A stretch of 64,000 bases of DNA from an uncultured Erysipelotrichaceae bacterium. GTDB taxonomy: Bacteria > Bacillota_I > Bacilli_A > Erysipelotrichales > Erysipelotrichaceae. The notes beneath the pieces were generated by a model. That model had not been told where the DNA came from and did not search any database. It saw only the letters and a list, made by a program, of their open reading frames with translations. The translations under genes and the position numbers were made by a program. The first letter of the stretch is position 1. Every line of letters begins with the position of its first letter. Shown here one piece after another: positions 8,921 through 19,421 of this stretch. The stretch is taken from contig CALUVF010000081.1 in NCBI GenBank assembly GCA_944324155.1, positions 31 through 64,030 on the forward strand, given 5' to 3'.

Positions 8921-10081
8921 CTATTTTGGCAAATATTTATCAAAGTCGTCATCATCTAACATCAAACCGGAATTATCGATTGTATAGTCTGGTTTGATGA
9001 GACTATCTTTCTTAAGGTTTCCTTTTTGTTGAAGACGTTTTTGTCTTTCACTTAGGTATTCCTTGGCTTGCTCGATCGTATCGATCCCAAGACGATGCCA
9101 ATTAGCTGCGATCGCCTTGATGAAGTTCGGATTTAATTCACCGTGGTTTTCTAAAAAGACATACTCTAAAAGAAAGTTGATCACAGGAACTTTTAAGTAA
9201 TATTCATTGCTTAAGGAAGCGATCAATTTATAATCTGAGATCGTGAGTTCCTTATTGTTTTGCAGTTGTTTTAAGAAGTTTGTACAGGGCTTTTCGTAAG
9301 GATCTTGTGAATTTGTAAGATTAAAGTGCTTGCCTTTAGAAATATAATAGAGCAAGCGTCCCTTGTTTAGTTTTGGATTAAGACAAGGAAAGCCGTTTTC
9401 GTCTTTATCATAGTCGATCGCATCGACGACATATTTGCCCATGTCCTCCAAAGAGACACCAAAAGAGCGTCCGGTGCGGGCAATAAACTCTAGGACATCT
9501 TTATTTTTTAAATCATTCGGTAATGCGATCTTATCGATCAAACGCTTTATATCAAAGCCTTCCACATCAAGTTCTTCTAAGTTGACTTTTTTGATGTTCT
9601 GGTATTTCTTTTCTTGAGACTTATTCCATTTATTCAAATGCGCATACTCTAAGATATGTGAAACATTCTTATAACCCTTATGTTTACTACTTGAAGTCCT
9701 TAATTCATATAGACGCTTATAGCTTCTGGCATCAATAGCTCCTAAAAGCATTCTCGATAAGATGTCATGACGCATAAAGTCTTCTAAGCTTAGAGGTTTT
9801 ACAAGTTCAAATATATAGCTGTCATCTTTTTGATAAGTTAAGACTAAGCCGACTTCTTCAAGCTTATGCAGACCTTTTTCAAAGCGATCGATCGAAAGAT
9901 CGAGATAATTTAAAAGGTTGTGAAGCTTTACAAAGTTGATATTTAGATCATAGACCAAGGCCAAATAGATCGCTAAAGCTTCTTCTTTGACTAAAGGGTA
10001 ATATAAAAGATATAGCCTTTTGGTATCGCCATTTTCTAATTCGATCTTATTTTCAACAAGGTATTTATCATCACCTAGCAT
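8921..10081 (-). CDS. dnaB: replication initiation and membrane attachment protein (DnaB/DnaD-domain family)
   Basis: 386 aa. C-terminal DnaB_2-type region ('FIKAIAANWHRLGIDTIEQAKEYL'). Position immediately upstream of dnaI. Confidence 0.7.
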   Translation of the reverse strand: MLGDDKYLVENKIELENGDTKRLYLLYYPLVKEEALAIYLALVYDLNINFVKLHNLLNYLDLSIDRFEKGLHKLEEVGLVLTYQKDDSYIFELVKPLSLEDFMRHDILSRMLLGAIDARSYKRLYELRTSSSKHKGYKNVSHILEYAHLNKWNKSQEKKYQNIKKVNLEELDVEGFDIKRLIDKIALPNDLKNKDVLEFIARTGRSFGVSLEDMGKYVVDAIDYDKDENGFPCLNPKLNKGRLLYYISKGKHFNLTNSQDPYEKPCTNFLKQLQNNKELTISDYKLIASLSNEYYLKVPVINFLLEYVFLENHGELNPNFIKAIAANWHRLGIDTIEQAKEYLSERQKRLQQKGNLKKDSLIKPDYTIDNSGLMLDDDDFDKYLPK

Positions 10082-10639
10082 CTAAAGTATCTCCTTTAAC
10101 CATTTTTCGACCGAGAGCTTTAATGTGTCTAGATCTAAACTATTATCGATCACATAATCAGCTCTCTTAAGTTTTTTTTCAACACTCATTTGATTATCTA
10201 AGCGCCTTAAAGCCTCTTCTTTTTCAAGTCCGCGATCTAAAAGTCTTTCAAGAGCGATCTCGTCACTAGTATATACTAAAAGGGCATGATCAAAATAGCG
10301 ATCAAAGCCACTTTCATATAAAAGTGGTACCTCCACAAATAAAGGATCATCTTTCTTCTTTAGAATCTCATCTAATATTAAAGGATGCATTAAAGAGTTT
10401 AGCGTATCTAAAGCTTTTTTATCCTTAAAGACAATATCAGACAAAGCCTTACGATCAACTTCCCTATCATTGACGCATTCTTTAAAATGTATTTTTATCA
10501 ATTCATAGCCTTTATTAGGGTATTTTAAAAGCTCAGCGTTGATCTTGTCGCAGGAATAGCATTTATAGCCTTTTTCTTCTAAAATTTTTAAAACGGTACT
10601 CTTGCCCGACCCAATACTTCCGGTAATGGCGATCTTCAT
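10082..10639 (-). CDS. coaE: dephospho-CoA kinase
   Basis: 'MKIAITGSIGSGKST' P-loop at the N-terminus. ATG at 10639 overlaps the mutM stop (ATGA). The longer ORF start at 10666 lies inside mutM. Confidence 0.9.
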   Translation of the reverse strand: MKIAITGSIGSGKSTVLKILEEKGYKCYSCDKINAELLKYPNKGYELIKIHFKECVNDREVDRKALSDIVFKDKKALDTLNSLMHPLILDEILKKKDDPLFVEVPLLYESGFDRYFDHALLVYTSDEIALERLLDRGLEKEEALRRLDNQMSVEKKLKRADYVIDNSLDLDTLKLSVEKWLKEIL

Positions 10640-11451
10640 TTCTTGAGCCTCTGACATTTCGGGCACAAATAAGTCCCTCTTGAAGCGACCCGTTTTTTTA
10701 TGATCTTGCTACCACACACTGGACACATCTGCCCTTCTTTCGTGTGGACCCGCAAATTCATTTGAAAGCGCCCACTTACCCCCAGTGATGAAGTATAGGA
10801 ACGGATTGTGGTGCCACCTGCCTCAATGGCCTTTGACAAGATTTCTTTGGTAAAAAAGACAAGCTTTTTAATATCCTTAGGATTTAATTTTAAAGTCCTC
10901 TCCTCGGGGTGGATCTTAGCACTAAACAAGATCTCATCAGCATAAATATTGCCAATGCCCGCCACAAAGCTTTGATCTAATAATAAGGCTTTGATCTGTT
11001 TATGATTATTTTTTAAATATTTCAGGGCATATTCTTCATTAAAGTCATCACTTAAGGGCTCTTGCCCCAAACCTTTAATCTCTTCATCAGAGAGTTCTCT
11101 TAATTCCATTCGTCCAAATTTGCGGGTATCGTCATAGCGCAGATCCATAAGGCTTTCAAAATGAAAAATGACATGGGTGTGCTTAAAGATCGGTTCACTT
11201 CTTTTTTGGACGAAGTATTTACCCTCCATGCGCAAATGCGAGATAAGGGCCACATCGTCAAGTTCAAAAATCAGATATTTGCCACGTCTTTTAAACTTTC
11301 TGAAAGTCTGACCAATCAGTCTTTTTTTAAAGACCTCAGGGTCGCCTTTAATAATGGGGGCATATAAAATATCGATATCTTGGATCTTTTCGCCTTTAAT
11401 AAGATTTTCTAAAGTCGCTTTGACAGTTTCTACTTCTGGTAATTCTGGCAT
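10636..11451 (-). CDS. mutM: formamidopyrimidine-DNA glycosylase
   Basis: N-terminal 'MPELPEVETV' and C-terminal zinc finger 'CPVCGSKI...CPKCQ'. Confidence 0.9.
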   Translation of the reverse strand: MPELPEVETVKATLENLIKGEKIQDIDILYAPIIKGDPEVFKKRLIGQTFRKFKRRGKYLIFELDDVALISHLRMEGKYFVQKRSEPIFKHTHVIFHFESLMDLRYDDTRKFGRMELRELSDEEIKGLGQEPLSDDFNEEYALKYLKNNHKQIKALLLDQSFVAGIGNIYADEILFSAKIHPEERTLKLNPKDIKKLVFFTKEILSKAIEAGGTTIRSYTSSLGVSGRFQMNLRVHTKEGQMCPVCGSKIIKKRVASRGTYLCPKCQRLKK

Positions 11452-11463
11452 TTTCTTCTCCTA

Positions 11464-14037
11464 TTAGGCATCATACCATGAATATGCATAACTTATTGAA
11501 TTATCCAAAAGGACATCAAGCTTATAAGCATTTTTCATCTCTTCATCAATAAGCTTCAGCATTACTTCTTTTTCACTTAAGGGGACATCGAAGATCAATT
11601 CGTCATGGATCTGTAAGACCATCTTGGACTTTAGTCCCATCTCTTTAATTTTTTTATTGATCTTGATCATCGCCACTTTGATAAGATCAGCCGCTGACCC
11701 TTGGATCCTAGAATTCATGGCCGCTCTTTTGCCAAACTCGCGAAGCATGTAATTCTTATCGTTGATCTCTTTGATATAGCGTCTTCTTTTCATCATAGTC
11801 GTGACATAGCCCTTTTCCTTGCAAAAAGCGATCGAAGTATCAAGGAAAGCCTTGATATTGGGATAGGTCACAAAATAGGTATCGATATAATGTCTGGCTT
11901 CTTGTAGGCTCAGGCCAGCCTGTTTAGCCAAACCAAAATCACTGATGCCGTAAATCACCCCAAAATTGATCGCCTTGGCCTTGCGCCTTAGGGCATCATT
12001 TACCTCATCATGTGTGACGTTAAAGATGTCCATGGCCGTCTTGGTATGGATATCGATGTGTTTATTGAAGGCTTCGATCATCTTCTCTTCGTGTGAAAGA
12101 GCACTTAAGATCCTAAGCTCGATCTGCGAATAGTCGCTGCTGATGAGAATATGATCTTGATCGCTGGCTAAAAAGGCCTTACGAATGACCTTGCCCTCTT
12201 CATCGCGCACCGAAATGTTTTGAAGATTGGGATCATAGCTCGATAGACGTCCGGTCTGCGTAATAGTTTGCGAGAAGACCGTATGGATACGCTCGTCTTC
12301 TTTGATGTAGCGCAAAAGACCTTCGACATATGAACTTTCGATCTTGGAAAATTTGCGGCAACTGATCAGTTTATCAATGATCGGGTGATATTTTAAAAGA
12401 TCGCTTAGATATTCGATCGAGGTTGAACGCTTTTTGTTGGGAGGGAGTCCTAGCTCATCAAATAGCACGCTCGCTAATTGTTTAGGTGAATTAATGTTAA
12501 ATTCGTGCCCGGCCAATTCATAGATCTCGCTGATTAAATCCGCAATTCGTGCACTGTTTTCTTCCCCGATTTTTTCAAGGATCTTGGCATCACAATGGAT
12601 GCCATTTTTTTCAACATCATATAAGACATATAAAAGCGGTAATTCAACTTCATGATAAAGAGATAGGACCTCTTCTTCTTTAAGCATTTCATCGATCTTT
12701 TTAGAAACTTCTAAAAGTCCTAAGGCAATTTCACAAGAGCGTTTGCATTCAAGGACTGCATCGATCATCTTCGGTTTTTTGACCGTACCATAGACGTCTT
12801 GTAAAGGAACGATGTCATTTAGCTTAAACTCTAAAAAGATCTTATCGAGATCATCAAGATAATTATTCTTAAGGAATGTCATAAGCATAAGATCATCAAA
12901 ATAGCCCAGCTCGATCTTTTTGTTGTCAAGGGCATGCTTGGCCCATTTGAGATCATAAGTAAATTTCTTAAGATCACTTTTTAAATAATCAAGGGTCGCT
13001 TGGTCTTTTAAAAGATCTTCATAGGGTAAATATTCGGCCCTGCCATCTAAGGCAATGGCAAGACCATAGATATTGGCATCATAATAGCTGAAGTGGTCAC
13101 TGTCAAAATAAATGACGGCTTTTTCTTTTAAAAGATCCTCTGAAATATGATCGACACGTTTATAACTAGCGAGATTATCGACACTTTGCTTATTTTTAAA
13201 CTTTAAAGAATACATTTCATAGCGCTCATAAAAGTCGTTGACCTTCTCATAATCGAGATCTAATTTAAAGGTCTTTAGATCTTCTTTTATCTCTACATCG
13301 GTCTTGATCGTGGCTAAGATCTTTGATTTAAAGCAGGAATCTTTGCCGGCGATCAGCTTATCTTTAACTTTTCCCTTGATCTCATCGAGATGTTTGTAGA
13401 GATTTTCAACATTGTCGTATTGGGCTAAAAACTTTTCGGCCGTCTTGGGACCGATTCCTTCGACCCCTTTGATATTATCGCTGGAATCACCCATTAAAGC
13501 CTTTAGATCAATAACTTGTTTAGGACTAAGTCCATAAGTTTCTTTTAAGGCTTTTTGATCCATCATCTGCATGTCGCTAAGCCCCTTTTTCATAAGATAG
13601 ACCCTTGTCGTATCATCAATAAGCTGTAATAAATCGCGATCAGAAGTTAAGATATCGACCTGGACATCTTGGTATTTTTTGGACAGTGATCCGATGATAT
13701 CATCCGCCTCGATTTCATCGTATTCTAAATATGGGATATGAAAAGCGTCTAAGTATTCGCGAACGATCTTAAACTGAGGCACTAATTCTTCGGGAGCGCT
13801 TTTGCGCGTTCCCTTATAGTCTTTATCGATATCATGGCGGAAATTGTGCTTGCCTTTATCAAAAGCTACGACCAGGTACTCCGGGTGCGTGAGCTTTAAA
13901 GCTTTATTTAACATATTGGCAAAGGCGAAAACGGCATTGGTATAAATACCATCGCTCGTCTTTAACATCTGCCCGTAACATGTTGCATAATAAGCTCTAA
14001 AAAGCATTGAATTTCCATCAATCAAGAGCATTTTCAT
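11464..14037 (-). CDS. polA: DNA polymerase I
   Basis: 857 aa. 5'-nuclease N-domain ('LLIDGNSMLFRAYYA') and pol motifs 'DYSQIELR', 'RRKAKAINFGVIYG', 'QIHDELIF'. Confidence 0.95.
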   Translation of the reverse strand: MKMLLIDGNSMLFRAYYATCYGQMLKTSDGIYTNAVFAFANMLNKALKLTHPEYLVVAFDKGKHNFRHDIDKDYKGTRKSAPEELVPQFKIVREYLDAFHIPYLEYDEIEADDIIGSLSKKYQDVQVDILTSDRDLLQLIDDTTRVYLMKKGLSDMQMMDQKALKETYGLSPKQVIDLKALMGDSSDNIKGVEGIGPKTAEKFLAQYDNVENLYKHLDEIKGKVKDKLIAGKDSCFKSKILATIKTDVEIKEDLKTFKLDLDYEKVNDFYERYEMYSLKFKNKQSVDNLASYKRVDHISEDLLKEKAVIYFDSDHFSYYDANIYGLAIALDGRAEYLPYEDLLKDQATLDYLKSDLKKFTYDLKWAKHALDNKKIELGYFDDLMLMTFLKNNYLDDLDKIFLEFKLNDIVPLQDVYGTVKKPKMIDAVLECKRSCEIALGLLEVSKKIDEMLKEEEVLSLYHEVELPLLYVLYDVEKNGIHCDAKILEKIGEENSARIADLISEIYELAGHEFNINSPKQLASVLFDELGLPPNKKRSTSIEYLSDLLKYHPIIDKLISCRKFSKIESSYVEGLLRYIKEDERIHTVFSQTITQTGRLSSYDPNLQNISVRDEEGKVIRKAFLASDQDHILISSDYSQIELRILSALSHEEKMIEAFNKHIDIHTKTAMDIFNVTHDEVNDALRRKAKAINFGVIYGISDFGLAKQAGLSLQEARHYIDTYFVTYPNIKAFLDTSIAFCKEKGYVTTMMKRRRYIKEINDKNYMLREFGKRAAMNSRIQGSAADLIKVAMIKINKKIKEMGLKSKMVLQIHDELIFDVPLSEKEVMLKLIDEEMKNAYKLDVLLDNSISYAYSWYDA

Positions 14038-15025
14038 CTTGCGTTACCTCCTCGATCGACTGTGCTGCCATATTTTCTAAAACGCTGAGATTTTCATACA
14101 TCAGACTCAAATAATCGGAGTTATTTTCAAGCTGTGACAAAGTCAAGCTAGAACAGTTATTCAAATTCACCCGAGTGAGCCCTAACTCATCTTCTAACTC
14201 ATTAAAAAGTTCCCGCATCTCTTGAGTCATATTAGGCTCATAGGCAATATATTTAACATCGTCTTCGATAATACGCTTTTTAATGACCTCTAATTCTTTG
14301 TCGCTTGGCAAGGAGCCGTATTTTGATAAGCAAATTGGATAGACCTGGAAGCCATACGCTTTTTGCCAATTGCCGAAGCTTGCGGACATCGTGACAAATT
14401 TGATTGTCGTATTTTCCTTCCTCAATTCACTGACCAGATTTTGATAAGCCGCATCAAGCGATGTCAGATCACTTTCAAGTTTTTCGTAATTCTCTTTGAA
14501 GCGATCGGCCTCTTCGACATAATTCTTAGACAAAAGATCATAAATGTCGCTGGCCATCGAAAGCATACCGATGGGATCGATCCAGATAAAAAGATCGTTT
14601 TCGGTCGTGTCGATCTTATCAAAAAGCTCCGAATTATAATAAGGACCTTCGACGTATGATTCATTGCCGTCAATATAGACAAGCGTATAGCGCTCAAATT
14701 TATAGATGGCATTGACCCTAGAAAGGTCGATCACATTGACACCGCTGTCCTTAATTTCTTCATCATAAAGATCAAGATATGGCTCTAATTCACCAATGTG
14801 GAAAAAATAAGTCGAATCATCTAAGATCTCCTTATAATTATCTTTAATTTTAGCCACCTGGGCAAGATCGTCGCTTTGTATGGTCTCTATATCGATGATC
14901 CCGTCAGTTAGACGCTCTAAAAGATAACCGATCGGATAGACGGTATAAGCTAAAGTCGTTTTAAGACTGCTGCAGCCTGAAAGCGTCAAGAGGAATACTA
15001 TACATACTAAAAATATTTTTTTCAT
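14018..15025 (-). CDS. metal (Zn/Mn)-type ABC substrate-binding lipoprotein (ZnuA/TroA-like), orphan
   Basis: Lipobox 'LTLSGC'. Family-9 SBP-like 'AYTVYPIGYLLERL'. No permease or ATPase genes adjacent. 3' end overlaps the polA start by 20 nt. Confidence 0.6.
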   Translation of the reverse strand: MKKIFLVCIVFLLTLSGCSSLKTTLAYTVYPIGYLLERLTDGIIDIETIQSDDLAQVAKIKDNYKEILDDSTYFFHIGELEPYLDLYDEEIKDSGVNVIDLSRVNAIYKFERYTLVYIDGNESYVEGPYYNSELFDKIDTTENDLFIWIDPIGMLSMASDIYDLLSKNYVEEADRFKENYEKLESDLTSLDAAYQNLVSELRKENTTIKFVTMSASFGNWQKAYGFQVYPICLSKYGSLPSDKELEVIKKRIIEDDVKYIAYEPNMTQEMRELFNELEDELGLTRVNLNNCSSLTLSQLENNSDYLSLMYENLSVLENMAAQSIEEVTQDENALD

Positions 15026-15034
15026 ACACTATTA

Positions 15035-15658
15035 TTATATCGTTTTTTTATCAACCCGCTTTTTAAAATGCGCATAGTAAATTGGATTACCCATTTCACG
15101 GAAGCGTTTTTCATAATTTGAGATCGGGCTATTTTCTTCTAATTCAAGATCGAGGGAAAGGTCTAAAAGATAGAAATCGAAATGCGAAAATTCTTTGAGT
15201 GTGAATTCAAAAAGCTGACGATTATCGCTTTTAAAGACGATCTCGCCTTCATCTTTAAGGATCTTCTCGTATTTTTGGATAAAATCGCGATAGGTTAAGC
15301 GACGCTTGTATTGCCTTTTTTTAGGCCAAGGATCTGAAAACAATAAAACAAGGGTATCGACATTGTGATCAAAATATTCGTCGACATTTTTAGCGTCGTC
15401 CATGATGATCCTTAAATTATCAAGTTCTAGTTCCTGCGCCTTTAAAACGGCGTGCGCAACACAAAGATCGACCTTCTCAAAGCCAATATAATCAATTTTC
15501 GGATTATTCTTGGCACTTTGCGTGATAAAATCGCCCATTCCCATGCCGATCTCTAAAACGGTCTTAGGACCAAGCTCGAGGGGCTGGCGCTTTTTAATAA
15601 TATATTTATTTTCATTTTCTAAAAAGGGTGTGACCCATTTTTTCTTTCGCATGCGCAT
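15035..15658 (-). CDS. trmB: tRNA (guanine46-N7)-methyltransferase
   Basis: 207 aa. SAM-binding 'LEIGMGMGDF' and 'FSDPWPKKR' motifs. Confidence 0.85.
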   Translation of the reverse strand: MRMRKKKWVTPFLENENKYIIKKRQPLELGPKTVLEIGMGMGDFITQSAKNNPKIDYIGFEKVDLCVAHAVLKAQELELDNLRIIMDDAKNVDEYFDHNVDTLVLLFSDPWPKKRQYKRRLTYRDFIQKYEKILKDEGEIVFKSDNRQLFEFTLKEFSHFDFYLLDLSLDLELEENSPISNYEKRFREMGNPIYYAHFKKRVDKKTI

Positions 15659-15720
15659 AATAAAAAACTCCTTTAAATAAGCTTTTTAATAATAGCATAT
15701 TTCAGGAGTTTCTTTGATTC

Positions 15721-17898
15721 TTATTTTCTTCTAAAAATTCTTTTTTCGCCCTTAGGTTCGTTTTTATGTTCGCCCCTATCTTCTTCGCGAGGTCTTTCGG
15801 GCTTTGGTAAAAGATCTTTAGCCGAGACATTGACGCGACCCTTGTCATCGATTTCAGTGACGACAACACGGATCGTATCCCCGATCTTTAGTACATCTTC
15901 TGGCTTTTCAACTCTTTCATGGGCGATCTTTGATACATGCAATAAGGCATCCGTACCTGCAAAAAGCTCCACAAAGGCGCCAAACTTTTCAAGACGGACG
16001 ACCTTGGCTTCATAGATCTCACCGACCTTGGCTTCTCTGATGATGTTTTCGATCATCGCCTTAGCCTTATTGATGGCTTCTCTATCCATATGATAGATGA
16101 CACAGTTACCATCGTCATCGATATCGATCTTGACATCATCACACTCCGCAATGATCTGATTGATCATCTTGCCGCCCGTACCGATGACATCGCGGATCTT
16201 ATCGACCGGAATAGTGATCTTATCAAGTTTTGGAGCATATTTAGAGACATCCGGGCGTGGGGCTGAGATGGTCCTCATCATATTTTCAAGGATCTCTAAA
16301 CGTCCTTCTTTAGCTTGGGCTAAAGCTTCTTCGAAGATGGCTTTTGAGATACCTTTGATCTTGATATCCATCTGTAAAGCGGTAATACCCTCTTTTGTAC
16401 CAGCGACCTTAAAGTCCATGTCGCCATAGTGATCTTCCATACCTTGGATATCGGTCAAGATCGTGTAGTGTTCACCATATGTGATAAGACCCATGGCAAC
16501 TCCGGCAACCGGAGCTTTGATTGGGACTCCGGCAGCCATCAAAGACATCGTGCCTGCGCAGATCGAAGCTTGTGAAGAAGAGCCGTTTGACTCTAATACT
16601 TCAGCCACCGTTCTGACACAATACGGGAACTCTTCTTGTGATGGCATGACTTGGGCCAGAGCTCTTTCGCCAAGTGCGCCATGACCAATCTCACGACGGC
16701 CGGGGGAGCCCATGCGTCCCACTTCGCCGACGCTGTATGGCGGGAAGTTGTATTGATGCATAAAGGGTTTTTCTTCTACTTCTGTTAAGTCATCAATTAT
16801 TTGGTTATCACCTAGTGGACCTAAGGTTGTAACCGATAAGACCTGAGTTTCACCACGCGTGAACATGGCGCTGCCATGAACTCGTGGTAATAGATCGACT
16901 TGAGAATCTAGAGGTCTTAATTCATTGACCTTGCGACCATCAGGACGGATCTTTTCAACACTAATCAAACGGCGGACTTCATCAGCCACGATTTGTGTGC
17001 AATATTCACTGACTTGCTTAAGAGCCTTGTCTTTAGCCTTGTCATTCTCGTAAGTCAGCTCATTAAAGTGCTCTTGCATCTTTTCGGTTATCGCATCGAT
17101 CTTACCATAGCGCTCTAATTTTCCTTCGATCGCTACAGCTTTCTTTAATTCTTCAGCACCGTTTGCATCGACATATTCAATGATGGCATCTTCGATCTTA
17201 TAGAGCGTAACTTCCATCTTTTCCTTGCCACACTTATTAATGATCTCTTCTTCCCAGGCGCACATCTTCTTAATCGCTTCATGGCCAAACATCAAAGCTC
17301 CCAGCATCAATTCTTCGCTGACTTCCTTGGCACCGGCTTCGACCATATTGATGGCATCTTTTGTACCAGCGACAGTTAAATTGATTAAAGAGCGTTCCAT
17401 ATCAGCGGTGCTTGGATTGATGACATATTCCCCATCAACATATCCGACATGTACGCCAGCGATCGGTCCATCAAAAGGGATATTTGAAATGCCTAAGGCT
17501 AAAGAAGACCCTAGCATTGCCGCAACTTGCGCGCTGCAGTCGACATCGGAAGACAATACGGTATTGACGACCTGGACTTCATTTCTAAACCCTTCTGGGA
17601 ATAAGGGACGGATCGGACGGTCGATCAAGCGAGCCGAGAGTGTTGCATGCTCGCTGGGTCTTCCCTCACGTCTTAAGAAACCTCCCGGAATCTTTCCAAC
17701 GGAATACAATTTTTCCTCAAATAATACCGTCAATGGGAAAAAATCCGTATCTTTTGCGACACTAGAAGCTGTCGCTGTCGATAATACGACGGTATCCTCA
17801 AAGCGGACCAGGACTGACCCGCCAGCTTGTTTAGCGATTTCACCGGTCTCAACAGTAAACTTGCGACCATAGAAATCTAATGTGAATACTTCTTTCAT
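15721..17898 (-). CDS. pnp: polyribonucleotide nucleotidyltransferase (PNPase)
   Basis: 725 aa with two RNase PH domains, KH and S1 domains ('[20 protein letters not shown]'). Confidence 0.95.
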   Translation of the reverse strand: MKEVFTLDFYGRKFTVETGEIAKQAGGSVLVRFEDTVVLSTATASSVAKDTDFFPLTVLFEEKLYSVGKIPGGFLRREGRPSEHATLSARLIDRPIRPLFPEGFRNEVQVVNTVLSSDVDCSAQVAAMLGSSLALGISNIPFDGPIAGVHVGYVDGEYVINPSTADMERSLINLTVAGTKDAINMVEAGAKEVSEELMLGALMFGHEAIKKMCAWEEEIINKCGKEKMEVTLYKIEDAIIEYVDANGAEELKKAVAIEGKLERYGKIDAITEKMQEHFNELTYENDKAKDKALKQVSEYCTQIVADEVRRLISVEKIRPDGRKVNELRPLDSQVDLLPRVHGSAMFTRGETQVLSVTTLGPLGDNQIIDDLTEVEEKPFMHQYNFPPYSVGEVGRMGSPGRREIGHGALGERALAQVMPSQEEFPYCVRTVAEVLESNGSSSQASICAGTMSLMAAGVPIKAPVAGVAMGLITYGEHYTILTDIQGMEDHYGDMDFKVAGTKEGITALQMDIKIKGISKAIFEEALAQAKEGRLEILENMMRTISAPRPDVSKYAPKLDKITIPVDKIRDVIGTGGKMINQIIAECDDVKIDIDDDGNCVIYHMDREAINKAKAMIENIIREAKVGEIYEAKVVRLEKFGAFVELFAGTDALLHVSKIAHERVEKPEDVLKIGDTIRVVVTEIDDKGRVNVSAKDLLPKPERPREEDRGEHKNEPKGEKRIFRRK

Positions 17899-17934
17899 CT
17901 TAACTTAAATTTCCTTCTTTTCTTTAACTGCATA

Positions 17935-17943
17935 ATTATAACA
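17935..17943 (-). promoter_or_regulatory. extended -10 (TGTTATAAT) promoter for pnp
   Basis: Minus strand tttTGtTATAATtatgc, about 35 nt upstream of the ATG. RBS GAAGGAAA follows. Confidence 0.55.
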
Positions 17944-17979
17944 AAAAAACCTTAATAATAGTAAAAAATTCGCTGTTCA

Positions 17980-18008
17980 TTGATTTTTGAAAATGAGGCT
18001 AATATAAT
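17980..18008 (+). promoter_or_regulatory. sigma-A-type promoter of the MATE gene
   Basis: TTGATT (17980-17985), 17-nt spacer, TATAAT (18003-18008). AAGGAGG RBS at 18025-18031. Confidence 0.75.
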
Positions 18009-18036
18009 GGTTAAAGTTCATAAAAAGGAGGTAGAC

Positions 18037-19380
18037 ATGACCATTTCAAACAACATCACGCAAGGATCGATCATCAAACCATTGTTGTGGTTTTTCTTTC
18101 CGATTTTGATCGGTACCTTCTTTCAACAGCTTTACAATACTGTCGATGCCTTAATCGTCGGCAATTTTTTAGGTAAAGAAGCCTTAGCGGCAGTGGGCGG
18201 GACGACTTCGACCTATTTAAACCTCTACATCGGTTTCTTTGTAGGCCTTAGTGCCGGGGCGACTGTCTTGATTTCGCAATACTTTGGCTCAAATGATCAT
18301 AAAGCCATAAATAAAACTGTTCATACTGCCATTACTTTGGCAGTTGTCTTGGGTATAATTTTGACGATCATTGGCATGTTTACCGCCCGAAGCTCCCTGC
18401 TTCTTTTAAATGTGCCATTAGAAATACTAGATCTCTCGCTTGAATATATCTATGTCTATTTTATCGGCATGACGATCGTTTTGATCTACAACATGGGTTG
18501 TGCCATCTTAAGGGCGGTCGGCGATTCAAAGCGTCCCCTATACTTTTTGATCGTCTCTTGCATCGTCAACATAATCCTTGATATCTTATTTGTCTACATC
18601 TTTAATATGGGCGTGATGGGAGCCGCCATAGCGACTGTCATCGCTCAGTTAGTATCTACGATCCTTGTCATCTTGGCTTTGATGAAAAGTGAAGGCCCCT
18701 TGCATTTTTCTTTCAGACAGCTAACATTCGATCTAAGCATAGTCAAAGATATTATCAAGATCGGTCTTCCTGCCGCTATCGAATCGGTCTTATATTCCCT
18801 GTCAAATCTTTTGATAGCTTGGCGAATCAATGACTTTGGAGTCGATGTGATCGCTGCCAATACCGCCTATGGAAAGATCGATGCGATCTTTTGGATGGCT
18901 TTACAAGCTTTTAATATCTCGATCACGACCTTCGTTGGGCAAAATTATGGCGCTCAAAAAATGGACCGGGTCAAAAAAGGCATCAATCGTTGGCTTTTGT
19001 TAGCCCTTGGCGTCTCGCTTTCGCTTTCGCTTATCATGTGTTTGTTCGCGCCGAATCTTCTTTCGATCTTTAATTCTGATGCCGAAGTTATCAAGATCGG
19101 ACAAAACATCATCATGTGGATCGCCCCCTTTTGGTTTACTTATGTTCCTGTTGAGATCATCGCAGGGGGGCTTAGAGGTATGGGCAACACTCTGATACCG
19201 ACGATCATTACGGCCCTTGGCATAATTTTAGTAAGGCTTGCATGGATCTTGTTTATGAATGATCTAAGTCTTGGCATGGTCTTTAGCATCTACCCGATCT
19301 CCTGGTCGATCACCAGCGTCGTCTTCATGATCTATTACTATAGTGGCTTATACAAACGCCATGTAAGAGTCTTGGCCTAA
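18037..19380 (+). CDS. MATE-family efflux transporter
   Basis: About 12 TM helices. 'LLWFFFPILIGTFFQQLYNTVDALIVGNFLGKEALAAVG' is a typical MATE N-terminus. ATG at 18037 has a canonical RBS; the 17980 start lies in the promoter. Confidence 0.85.
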   Translation: MTISNNITQGSIIKPLLWFFFPILIGTFFQQLYNTVDALIVGNFLGKEALAAVGGTTSTYLNLYIGFFVGLSAGATVLISQYFGSNDHKAINKTVHTAITLAVVLGIILTIIGMFTARSSLLLLNVPLEILDLSLEYIYVYFIGMTIVLIYNMGCAILRAVGDSKRPLYFLIVSCIVNIILDILFVYIFNMGVMGAAIATVIAQLVSTILVILALMKSEGPLHFSFRQLTFDLSIVKDIIKIGLPAAIESVLYSLSNLLIAWRINDFGVDVIAANTAYGKIDAIFWMALQAFNISITTFVGQNYGAQKMDRVKKGINRWLLLALGVSLSLSLIMCLFAPNLLSIFNSDAEVIKIGQNIIMWIAPFWFTYVPVEIIAGGLRGMGNTLIPTIITALGIILVRLAWILFMNDLSLGMVFSIYPISWSITSVVFMIYYYSGLYKRHVRVLA

Positions 19381-19382
19381 AT

Positions 19383-19414
19383 AAAAACTTACGCCTTAAA
19401 CGTAAGTTTTTTTA
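19383..19414. terminator. bidirectional rho-independent terminator (MATE / yebC)
   Basis: AAAACTTACG-ccttaaa-CGTAAGTTTTTTT. A-tract and T-tract flank a 7-10 bp stem between convergent genes. Confidence 0.8.
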
Positions 19415-19421
19415 TACCTCA

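Noticed and set aside
15659-15720. AAACTCCT...AGGAGTTT inverted repeat between pnp and trmB as a pnp terminator or attenuator
   Set aside because: The 31-nt loop is atypical for an intrinsic terminator, and the 3' arm is simply the trmB Shine-Dalgarno plus a T-run. This is probably coincidental complementarity.
17225-17872. 215-aa plus-strand ORF (and shorter ones at 15830, 16160, 16481) inside the pnp region
   Set aside because: Entirely antisense to the well-supported PNPase gene. The translation is S/T/P/A-rich low complexity with no RBS or motifs, a typical shadow ORF.
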